NCBI GenBank assembly: GCA_046724925.1
Contig: JBKOXM010000009.1
Span: 1-33,112 of the forward strand
DNA length: 33,112 nt
Source: Actinomycetota bacterium
Lineage (GTDB): Bacteria > Actinomycetota > Thermoleophilia > Gaiellales > Gaiellaceae
Direction: 5' to 3'
A program made the position numbers and the translations under genes. Positions 1 to 6,599 of the stretch are shown piece after piece. A model generated the notes under the pieces. The model was given only the letters and a program-made list of their open reading frames with translations, searched no databases and was not told where the DNA came from. Position 1 is the stretch's first letter. Each line of letters starts with the position of its first letter.

Positions 1-1335
1 GCTTGGATACGTGTGGTGGGCTCCTGCGAAGTCGTCGATCGTGGCGCCGAGCTTCAGCGGCACCGCGAGGCCTTGGACCGTGTCGCTTGCAGCCCGAGCG
101 AGGACGTGAGCGCCGATGACGCGCCGGCTCTCGCGCTCGTAGACGAGCTTGTAGAGGCCGCGCTTCGCGTTCACGTACTGCGCCCGTGTTACGTTGGACA
201 GCGGGTGGGTCGCGGTTGCTACGTCGCCGCTGCCGGCGCTGGCCTGCTCCTCCGTCGAGCCGATCCCTGCCAACTCCGGGTCGGTGAAGATCGCGGTCGG
301 AAGTGCTGAGTAGTCGGCGCGCCCCCCGTCCCCGGTGAACATGTCGTCGATTGCGATCCGCCCTTGGTATTGAGCGACCGGCGTGAACTGGGCGACTCCG
401 TTCACGTCTCCGGCGGCCCAGATTCCGGGCGTCGAAGTGCGCAGGTGCTCGTCCACGACGATTCCGCGGCAGTCCACGTTCACGCCCGCGCGCTCGAGTT
501 GGAGCTCTTCGACGTTCGGTGTGCGTCCAGTCGCGAGCAGCAGCCGCTCTGCCTCGAGCTCGACCGACTCGCCGTCTCCCGCTCGGGGAGCGACCGTTGC
601 CACAACCCCCTTGCCACTACGGGTGACACGGGTGACCGTGCTGCCGACGAGGATCTCGATTCCCTCGTCGGAGAGGGCTGCGCTTAGCTCACGCGCCGCG
701 TCGGCGTCCGAACGCGGGGCGATCCGGTCTGCGCCTTGGACGATCGTGACGCGGGTACCGAACCGGGCGAAGATCTGTGCGAACTCGAGTCCGACCGGGC
801 CTCCTCCGAGGACGATCATCGAGGACGGGAGCTCGGTGAGCTCGAGCGCGCTCACGTGGTCGAGCCAGTCGACATTCTCGAGGCCTGCGATCGACGGTAC
901 CGAGGTCCGGGAGCCGGTCGCGACCAGGAAGAAGTCCGCGCCGAGGGTGCGCCCGTCGACAGCGACCGTGCGCTCGTCGAGGAAGGACGCGGTCGCTCCG
1001 AACGTCGCGAAGCCCTGCTCCCGGAGGAGCTGGACCCAAGAGTCCTGCGGTCGCTGGAGCCGTCGCTTACGCTCGCGCACCGCAGCGAGGTTCGCGCGGG
1101 CCGAGCCGACCTCGAGGCCAACCTCGTGGGCGAGCTCGTTGATGTCGCGCAGGAGGTCGGCTGCCGCCACGTAGGCTTTCGTCGGCTTGCACGCGATGTT
1201 CGGGCAACTCCCGCCCCACACGGCGTGCTCGACGATCGCGATGTTTGCGTCGTAGTCGTCCCTCGCCTTCCGCGCGCCGTCACGTGCGGCCGACCCGCTG
1301 CCGATCACGACGAGGTCGAAGCGCTCCTCGGCCAT
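1..1335 (-). CDS. FAD-dependent pyridine nucleotide-disulfide oxidoreductase (class I flavoprotein disulfide reductase family); C-terminus runs off the left edge
   Basis: Absent from the ORF track because it is open at the window edge. Hand translation of the minus strand from ATG 1335-1333 (GGAGGAGAG directly upstream at 1336-1344) gives MAEERFDLVVIGSGSAARDG...VWGGSCPNIACKPTK. This has a GxGxxA FAD fold and a redox CxxxxC (Cys codons 1204-1206 and 1189-1191). A second Rossmann motif LGGGPVGLEFAQIF follows, and the frame stays open to position 1. Confidence 0.85.
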   Translation of the reverse strand, partial: MAEERFDLVVIGSGSAARDGARKARDDYDANIAIVEHAVWGGSCPNIACKPTKAYVAAADLLRDINELAHEVGLEVGSARANLAAVRERKRRLQRPQDSWVQLLREQGFATFGATASFLDERTVAVDGRTLGADFFLVATGSRTSVPSIAGLENVDWLDHVSALELTELPSSMIVLGGGPVGLEFAQIFARFGTRVTIVQGADRIAPRSDADAARELSAALSDEGIEILVGSTVTRVTRSGKGVVATVAPRAGDGESVELEAERLLLATGRTPNVEELQLERAGVNVDCRGIVVDEHLRTSTPGIWAAGDVNGVAQFTPVAQYQGRIAIDDMFTGDGGRADYSALPTAIFTDPELAGIGSTEEQASAGSGDVATATHPLSNVTRAQYVNAKRGLYKLVYERESRRVIGAHVLARAASDTVQGLAVPLKLGATIDDFAGAHHTYPS

Positions 1336-1357
1336 CTCTCCTCCCGCGGTCGCCGGT

Positions 1358-1372
1358 CGAGCGAATCGCTCG
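1358..1372. promoter_or_regulatory. 15-bp perfect palindrome CGAGCGA-A-TCGCTCG in the divergent intergenic region (candidate operator)
   Basis: Read directly as cgagcgaatcgctcg. It lies in the 58-bp gap between the reductase start (1335, minus) and the ligase start (1394, plus). Overlapping TANNNT hexamers TAGCCT(+)/TAGGCT(-) sit next to it at 1381-1387. Confidence 0.35.
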
Positions 1373-1393
1373 CCTCGGGCTAGCCTACGCGCC

Positions 1394-2500
1394 TTGATCG
1401 AGCAGCATTTCGGCGAAAGCCCACCGTTCTCGCTCGGCGTCGAGGAGGAGCTGATGATCGTCGACGCCGAGACGTTCGAGCAGCGGCCGGAGGTCGGGAC
1501 GCTCGTGCATGGGTCCGAGGGATGGGATCGCCCGGGCCGGCTGAAGATGGAGCTGTTCGCCTCGGTGGTCGAGTTGAACACGAACATCTGCAAAACGGCG
1601 CATGAGGCGCTCGCCGCGATCGAATCCCTGCGCGCCGGAGCTGCTGAGCTGGCCGTAGACAATAGGCTTGCGATCGCGGCTGCGGGCACGCATCCGACCA
1701 GCAACCCCGAGGAGCAGCAGATCGCGCCGGAGGCCCGCTATCTCGAGTTCGTCGAGTACGCGGGCGTGTCCGCGCGGCGGCAGGGAGTGAACGGCCTTCA
1801 CGTCCACGTCGGTATGCCGAGCGCAGACGCGTGCATGGCCGCGCTCGACGGGGTCCTGCCGTGGCTGCCGCTCATCCTGGCGCTCTCGGCCAACTCGCCC
1901 TACCTCGCGGGCGCCGAGACGGGCCTTGCCTCCAACCGGGCGGAGGTGCTCGGGATGCTTCCGCGCCACGGGGCGCCGCCTGCGTTTCGGTCCTACGCGG
2001 AGTGGGAGGCCCACGTCGAGCGTCTTTCCCGCCTGCGACTGCCCGCTGACTACACGGCGCTTTGGTGGGACGTCCGGCCGCACCCGCGCTTCGGCACGCT
2101 CGAGGTGCGCATGCCCGACCAGCCGACCGCGTCCGCACTAACCGGAGCGTTCGTCGCGTTGATCCAGGCGCTGTGCGCCACCGTTCTGCGTGAGCCCCGT
2201 CGCAAGAACGAGCCCGGTTCGCGCGGCATCTACCAGCAGAATCGGTGGGCCGCTCTTCGCTTCGGTCCGCGAGCCGTACTGATCCATCCGGACGAAGAGC
2301 GCAAGGCGGCGGCCTCGGTGCTGGCGGATGAGCTGCTGAAGCGCGTTGAGCCCGCCGCTCGCGAGCTCGGCGCCACCGAGTTGCTCGGTGCGTTCGACGT
2401 CACACGCTGCGAAGGGGATCGCCAGCTGGAGCTTGGCAGTGCCGGCGACCTCCGCGCGGTCGCGGCTGACATCGTCGAGCGCTCGCTAGAGTCGTCGTGA
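1394..2500 (+). CDS. ybdK: Carboxylate-amine ligase, YbdK / glutamate-cysteine ligase family 2 (GCS2)
   Basis: The 368-aa ORF with a TTG start carries the YbdK-family blocks FSLGVEEELMIVD, AAAGTHP, GLHVHVG, LALSANSPYLAG..TGLASNRAEV and WWDVRPHPRFGTLEVRMPD. Confidence 0.85.
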   Translation: MIEQHFGESPPFSLGVEEELMIVDAETFEQRPEVGTLVHGSEGWDRPGRLKMELFASVVELNTNICKTAHEALAAIESLRAGAAELAVDNRLAIAAAGTHPTSNPEEQQIAPEARYLEFVEYAGVSARRQGVNGLHVHVGMPSADACMAALDGVLPWLPLILALSANSPYLAGAETGLASNRAEVLGMLPRHGAPPAFRSYAEWEAHVERLSRLRLPADYTALWWDVRPHPRFGTLEVRMPDQPTASALTGAFVALIQALCATVLREPRRKNEPGSRGIYQQNRWAALRFGPRAVLIHPDEERKAAASVLADELLKRVEPAARELGATELLGAFDVTRCEGDRQLELGSAGDLRAVAADIVERSLESS

Positions 2501-2715
2501 TGGTTCGCACCGAGACCCTCCAGCTGAACGGAATTCGCTGCGAGCGCTGCGTCGGGAGGCTGGCGGCGGCGCTCGAAGGACACGAGGGGCTCGAATCCGC
2601 CCGGGCGAACCTGATGGGGGAGGTCACGCTCGCGTGGGACGAAGAGCGAACCACGCGCGATTCGCTGCTCGACGCGCTGGCGCGTGCGGGCTTCCGCCCG
2701 CTCGAACCCGTCTAG
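2497..2715 (+). CDS. Heavy-metal-associated (HMA) domain protein, CopZ-like, variant CxxC motif
   Basis: The 72-aa ORF reads LQLNGIRCERCVGRLAAALEG...EVTLAWDE, a beta-alpha-beta-beta-alpha-beta HMA pattern with GIRCERC in place of GMTCxxC. Its start (GTG 2497 or ATG 2500) overlaps the ligase stop (TGA 2498-2500). Confidence 0.65.
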   Translation: MMVRTETLQLNGIRCERCVGRLAAALEGHEGLESARANLMGEVTLAWDEERTTRDSLLDALARAGFRPLEPV

Positions 2716-3176
2716 CCTTCTCGCGTCGGCTCGGTGTCGGTCGGAAACCGCGGGTCACGCGGTGGCTCCTCCGCGCCCGGCCGCATGTCCTCCCGAGCCT
2801 CGGTGCCGCGCTCGTACGCTGGGGTCAGACCCGCTGCACGCATGTCCTCTTCCGCGGTGCGCGCGGGATCCTCTTCGGTCACCTCGCCGTAGCCGAGCGT
2901 CTCCGGTTGGCTCTCGCCTCCGGCGAGCCCGTAATGCCGTGCCACGGCCCGCTCGTCGACGTGCCCGTCCTCGACCGCCGGCGCGTCCTCGAGCACGTCC
3001 TTTGAGACGCTGGCGCGAACCACGCGCTCGTTGTCGTCGACGTGGGCGAAAACTCGGGGCAGCGGGTGCCGCACCTTTCGGACCGCGCCGTGCTCGACGA
3101 TGAGGTTGTCTCCGACGGTGCCGACCACTTGGCCGACCCTCTCGTCGTCGCTCGTCCTGACTTCGTAGCCCTCCAT
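2712..3176 (-). CDS. Hypothetical protein, PRC-barrel/DUF2171-like N-terminus with acidic low-complexity tail
   Basis: I trimmed the 170-aa ORF to ATG 3176 (MEGYEVRTSDDERVGQVVGTVGDNLIVEHG...). The upstream part of the ORF lies in the sigma-factor promoter region. The domain call is from memory of PRC-barrel-type sequences. Confidence 0.5.
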   Translation of the reverse strand: MEGYEVRTSDDERVGQVVGTVGDNLIVEHGAVRKVRHPLPRVFAHVDDNERVVRASVSKDVLEDAPAVEDGHVDERAVARHYGLAGGESQPETLGYGEVTEEDPARTAEEDMRAAGLTPAYERGTEAREDMRPGAEEPPRDPRFPTDTEPTREG

Positions 3177-3211
3177 GCAAGTCCGATACCCGATTTCACC
3201 GTTCGGTAACG

Positions 3212-3237
3212 GGAATGTCACCACCGTCGCAAGCGTT
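3212..3237 (+). promoter_or_regulatory. SigR/SigH-type ECF promoter, GGAAT-N18-GTT, upstream of the ECF sigma gene
   Basis: GGAAT at 3212-3216, exactly 18 nt (gtcaccaccgtcgcaagc), then GTT at 3235-3237. It sits about 30-40 nt upstream of the candidate GTG starts at 3265 and 3274. Confidence 0.6.
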
Positions 3238-3273
3238 CAAGAAGCAAGGAAACGCCCTGCTAGGGTGGCCGCC

Positions 3274-3861
3274 GTGGGCGAGTCCACCGACACCCAAGCG
3301 CGGCGAATCGCAACCGAGGCACGCGATCGCGTGCGGTTCGAGGAGGAAGCGCTCGAGCTTGCCGACCAGATCTACAGAGTTGCGCGGCACCTCGTCGGGT
3401 CTCGCGAAGAGGCGGAAGATCTGATGCAGGAGACCTACGCGCGCGCGTTCCGAAGCTGGCAATCGTTCCAGCCCGGGACGAACCTGCGCGCCTGGCTGCT
3501 GCGGATCCTGACGAACCTGAACATCGACCGCGGCCGCCGCCGGCAGCGGTCTCCGGAGATGCAGCCGCTCGAGGAAGGTGACTACTACCTGTACAACCGG
3601 CTCGAGCAGGACATGGGCCCGCCGGCGGACGAGGAACGAATTGCGGCCCGCCTGTCGCAAGACGGCATCGTGTCGGCGCTGTCCTCAGTCCCGCACGACT
3701 TCCGCGACGTCATCGTCCTCGTCGACATCGGGGAGTTCTCCTACCAGGAGGCGGCGCAGATCCTCGACATCCCGGTCGGTACAGTTATGTCACGTTTGCA
3801 TCGAGGTAGGCGCATCCTGAAGCAGGAGCTGGCCGAGGAAACGGTGGAGACGGCGTCGTGA
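3274..3861 (+). CDS. ECF RNA polymerase sigma factor (SigR/SigH-like, paired with a ZAS anti-sigma)
   Basis: Region 2 reads EDLMQETYARAFRSWQSFQPGTNLRAWLLRILTNLNIDRGRR and region 4 reads DFRDVIVLVDIGEFSYQEAAQILDIPVGTVMSRLHRGRRILK. The start is uncertain (GTG 3274 or GTG 3265). The ORF-track ATG at 3175 lies upstream of the promoter and overlaps the divergent gene's start. Confidence 0.85.
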   Translation: MGESTDTQARRIATEARDRVRFEEEALELADQIYRVARHLVGSREEAEDLMQETYARAFRSWQSFQPGTNLRAWLLRILTNLNIDRGRRRQRSPEMQPLEEGDYYLYNRLEQDMGPPADEERIAARLSQDGIVSALSSVPHDFRDVIVLVDIGEFSYQEAAQILDIPVGTVMSRLHRGRRILKQELAEETVETAS

Positions 3862-4088
3862 TGGACGAATGCGATCGCTGCGAGGAAATGCTCCAGCCCT
3901 ACCTCGATCGCGTCCTCACCGACTCTGAGCGGGCAGAGGCCGAGCAGCATCTCAATGGTTGCTCCTGGTGCCGCAGGCGGTATCGGTTCGAGGAGAAACT
4001 GCGCGTGTACGTGCGACAAGCAGCGGTCGAGCCGATGGCGCCGGAGTTGAAGGTGAAGCTCGCGGCGCTGCGCACGCCTCTGCTCTAA
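3858..4088 (+). CDS. Zinc-binding anti-sigma factor (ZAS family, RsrA/RshA-like)
   Basis: The 76-aa ORF has an H-x3-C-x2-C motif (HLNGCSWC, nt 3948-3971) plus N-terminal Cys5/Cys8. The Cys5-to-His31 spacing of 26 residues matches the Cys11-His37 spacing of RsrA as I recall it. Its start overlaps the sigma stop (GTGATG at 3858-3863). Confidence 0.8.
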   Translation: MMDECDRCEEMLQPYLDRVLTDSERAEAEQHLNGCSWCRRRYRFEEKLRVYVRQAAVEPMAPELKVKLAALRTPLL

Positions 4089-4531
4089 CTGGTGAGGCTG
4101 TGCTCGGCCCAGCTCCAGGGCCAGTCCTCCCGGTACTCGCAGAGGCCGGCGCGCACGGGGTTCGCCAAGACGTAGTTACAGGTGTTCTCGAGATGGTGCT
4201 CGTCTCGGATCACCCACGTCGCGAAGCGGTCGCCGAAGAGATGGCCCGTTCGCTCGTAGCGCCGATTGAAACGCTGTGCGTGGAGGAAGTTCAGGCGGTG
4301 GAGGGCTCGCGAAATCCGTGCGAGACGACCGTCCATTACGACGTGGTAATGCGTGTTCATCAGGCAGAACACCAGACATCGGAGCTCGAAGCGACGGAGC
4401 GCTTCGCCGAGCTGAGCGAGGAACGAGCGTCGATCGTCGTCGTCGTGGACGATCAGGCAGGAGTCGACGCCGCGCGAGACGAGGTGGAAGAACCCCTCAT
4501 CCGGTAACTCGCTACGCGGCCGACGAGGCAT
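4085..4531 (-). CDS. REP-associated tyrosine transposase-like protein (RAYT; IS200/IS605-type Y1 HUH transposase fold)
   Basis: This is the C-terminal 148 aa of the 378-aa ORF, starting at ATG 4531. It has an HUH motif NTHYHVV (codons 4343-4351), then GHLFGDRF, then the catalytic-Tyr block NYVLANPVRAGL (Tyr codon 4172-4174). The upstream 230 aa of the ORF is Arg/Ala-rich out-of-frame overlap with the neighbouring gene. Confidence 0.8.
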   Translation of the reverse strand: MPRRPRSELPDEGFFHLVSRGVDSCLIVHDDDDRRSFLAQLGEALRRFELRCLVFCLMNTHYHVVMDGRLARISRALHRLNFLHAQRFNRRYERTGHLFGDRFATWVIRDEHHLENTCNYVLANPVRAGLCEYREDWPWSWAEHSLTS

Positions 4532-4656
4532 GTGCCCGACGGTACCGGCGTGGCGGCGGGTCGAAGCACAGTGCGCGTCGATCGACACACCAGCGCGCGT
4601 CTCTTGTCTCGAATGACATGGCCCGGCAGGCCGCGGCCTAGGGACAGTCCCTGGTT

Positions 4657-5343
4657 CTAGCGCGGCCCGCGGTGCGGGCCGACCACGACGACGAGGCGCT
4701 TCGGGTTCCTGCCTCCGGGGAGCGGTCGCGTGCCGACGCCGAGTTGGCGCGCCAGCCGCACCGCATTCGCCTGCCCGCCCGGCTCGTAGAACACGATCGT
4801 CCGCGGGTAGTCGAATCGGTCCGCCTTTCGCACGTGGTGGATGCGGTACGCCATCGCACCGACACGGCTGGCTACCGCGCGCGTCCAGTTGATGTCGCCC
4901 GCGCCGTTCAGGACGTCGACATCGATTCGCCACGGTGGGGGCAGCGCCGCCTCGATTGCGCCTGAGCGCGCTGCCGCCTCGTCCGTCCCGCCGCGAGGGA
5001 GCGCGAAACCGGCCGCGAGCACGACCATGGCCATGGCGACGCCTGCGAGCACGGCGAGGCGAGCCCGCGGGTTGACGCGCAGGAGGCGCGGTGGCACCGG
5101 CAAGCCGGCGAGCCTCCGCGCCTCGACGTGGTCTATTCCGAGCGCGGTCGCATAGAGGAGCAGCGCGACCAACGCCTGGTCGGAAGAAGCAAAGCGGTAG
5201 ACGCGTCCCTCCTCGAGCCACGCGATCTCGTCCTCGCTCAAGCCCGAGCGCGAGGCCAGACGGTCGACCGAGACACCGCGATGGACCCGTAATGCCGCCA
5301 GCGGCGACACGTCGCTCGGGTGGAGGTGAGTCACGAGCTCCAT
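4657..5343 (-). CDS. HTH (XRE-like) - transmembrane - LytR_C (LytR/CpsA/Psr C-terminal) domain protein
   Basis: Trimmed to ATG 5343 (MELVTHLHPSDV...). It has an N-terminal HTH (VSVDRLASRSGLSEDEIAWLEEG), one hydrophobic span (LAVLAGVAMAMVVLAAGFAL) and a C-terminal block IDVDVLNGAGDINWTRAVASRV...TIVFYEPGGQANAVRLARQLG, which is typical of LytR_C. Confidence 0.7.
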   Translation of the reverse strand: MELVTHLHPSDVSPLAALRVHRGVSVDRLASRSGLSEDEIAWLEEGRVYRFASSDQALVALLLYATALGIDHVEARRLAGLPVPPRLLRVNPRARLAVLAGVAMAMVVLAAGFALPRGGTDEAAARSGAIEAALPPPWRIDVDVLNGAGDINWTRAVASRVGAMAYRIHHVRKADRFDYPRTIVFYEPGGQANAVRLARQLGVGTRPLPGGRNPKRLVVVVGPHRGPR

Positions 5344-5348
5344 CGGCC

Positions 5349-5858
5349 TCAGCGTTCGCGCCGGATCGGGTCGACGGTGTCCTTCAGGTCGTCCGGTGTG
5401 TCGACGTCGCCCGGCGGTCGCAGATCGTCGCACGGAACCAACCGTGCGTGCAGGACACGCGCACCCTCGTCCGGAATTCGGTCGAAGAGGGCGCGCGGCA
5501 CGAGCACCGGATGGCTCCGCTGGCCGTCGTAAGAGGCCGCTACGACCTCGGCTTCACCGTCCCACGCGTCCAGAACCCGCGCGATCGCCGCCGGGTCGAG
5601 GCCGGGTCCGTCCGCGAGCACCACGACCGCGGCGACCGTCTCCGGCCGAAGCGCGCGCAGGCCGCAGCGCAGCGATGCCCCCGGCCCGTTCCGCCATTCC
5701 GGACACCGAACCACCCGCGCGTCGGTCTCCACCTCGTGCGCGCCGACCACCACGATTACCTCGTCGAGGACACTCGCACGAACGCGTTCCAGGACGAGCG
5801 GGAGGAGGAGCCGCTGCTTGGGCGCGCCGAATCGGCTCGCGCCGCCCGCTGCGAGCAC
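5349..5858 (-). CDS. MobA-like NTP transferase, probable molybdenum cofactor cytidylyltransferase (MocA-like)
   Basis: The motif is AAVVLAAGGASRFGAPKQ...VVVLADGPGL. The start is unresolved. GTG 5858 clips the first beta-strand, ATC 5870 would give MAAVVLAAGG, and ATG 5939 would overlap the upstream cyclophilin gene by 62 nt. Confidence 0.7.
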   Translation of the reverse strand: MLAAGGASRFGAPKQRLLLPLVLERVRASVLDEVIVVVGAHEVETDARVVRCPEWRNGPGASLRCGLRALRPETVAAVVVLADGPGLDPAAIARVLDAWDGEAEVVAASYDGQRSHPVLVPRALFDRIPDEGARVLHARLVPCDDLRPPGDVDTPDDLKDTVDPIRRER

Positions 5859-5877
5859 GACGGCGGCGATGGACGCC

Positions 5878-6561
5878 TTAGCGCTCGTCGATCGCGATCG
5901 ACTCGACGAGAACTGTCTGCGTCGGCTGCTCCGATGCATCGCCGAGCTTCCCGATCTTCTCGACGACGTCCAGGCCCCTGGACACATGGCCGATCACGGC
6001 GTAATCGGGCGGAAGCCCCGCGTCGGGTGCCGTGACGACGAAGAACTGGCTCCCGGCCGTCCCGGGCGGCTCGGCGCCGGCCTTCGCCATCGCCACCGTT
6101 CCGAGCTCGTAGGTCGTGCCGGCGTCCGGCGGATCGACCGTCGCGTATCCCGGGCCGCCGCTCCCGCTCTGCGTCGGATCGCCACCCTGGATCACGAAGC
6201 CCGGGACGATCCGGTGGAAGATCGTGCTGTCGAAGAAGCCGCCTTGCGCGAGCGCCGCGAACGACGCTGTCGCCTTTGGTGAGGCCTTCTGGTCGAGCCG
6301 GATCTCGAACGTCCCGCAGTTCGTCGCCACGGTAGCGACGTAGGTCGTTCCAGCCTTCAGCGGCTCCTCCGGGGCACGCTCGCCGCCGTCGGCCCGCGGC
6401 TTCGGTTTCTCGACGTCACGGCACGGCGCCGTCGAAGCTGCTTCCGGCTGCTCCGTCACGGTCTGGCTCGCGGCTTCGTCGTCATCGCCGCCGCACCCAG
6501 GCAGGGTGGCGGCGAGGAGGACAAGTGCAAACGCACGCCGCACCTCACCGGCGGCTTGCAT
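5878..6561 (-). CDS. Cyclophilin-type peptidyl-prolyl cis-trans isomerase, probable lipoprotein
   Basis: The hallmark FHRIVPGFVIQGGDP and GSQFFVV are present. The N-terminus MQAAGEVRRAFALVLLAATLPGCGG carries a lipobox-like LPGC. Confidence 0.9.
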   Translation of the reverse strand: MQAAGEVRRAFALVLLAATLPGCGGDDDEAASQTVTEQPEAASTAPCRDVEKPKPRADGGERAPEEPLKAGTTYVATVATNCGTFEIRLDQKASPKATASFAALAQGGFFDSTIFHRIVPGFVIQGGDPTQSGSGGPGYATVDPPDAGTTYELGTVAMAKAGAEPPGTAGSQFFVVTAPDAGLPPDYAVIGHVSRGLDVVEKIGKLGDASEQPTQTVLVESIAIDER

Positions 6562-6599
6562 GGGGGAATGAAGGGCATGCGGCCACGAAGGGCGGGATG

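Noticed and set aside
4640-4652. Possible REP-like repeat: AGGGAC-A-GTCCCT near the RAYT gene resembles AAGGG-ACAGA-CCCTT at 31083-31097.
   Set aside because: Only about 10 nt are shared (GGGACAG.CCCT) and there are only two copies. That is too short to distinguish from chance in one window, so a genome-wide count is needed.
4532-5221. N-terminal 230 aa of the 378-aa ORF containing the RAYT domain.
   Set aside because: This part is extremely Arg/Ala/Gly/Pro-rich and overlaps the well-supported HTH-LytR_C gene in another frame. The RAYT homology begins at the internal ATG 4531.
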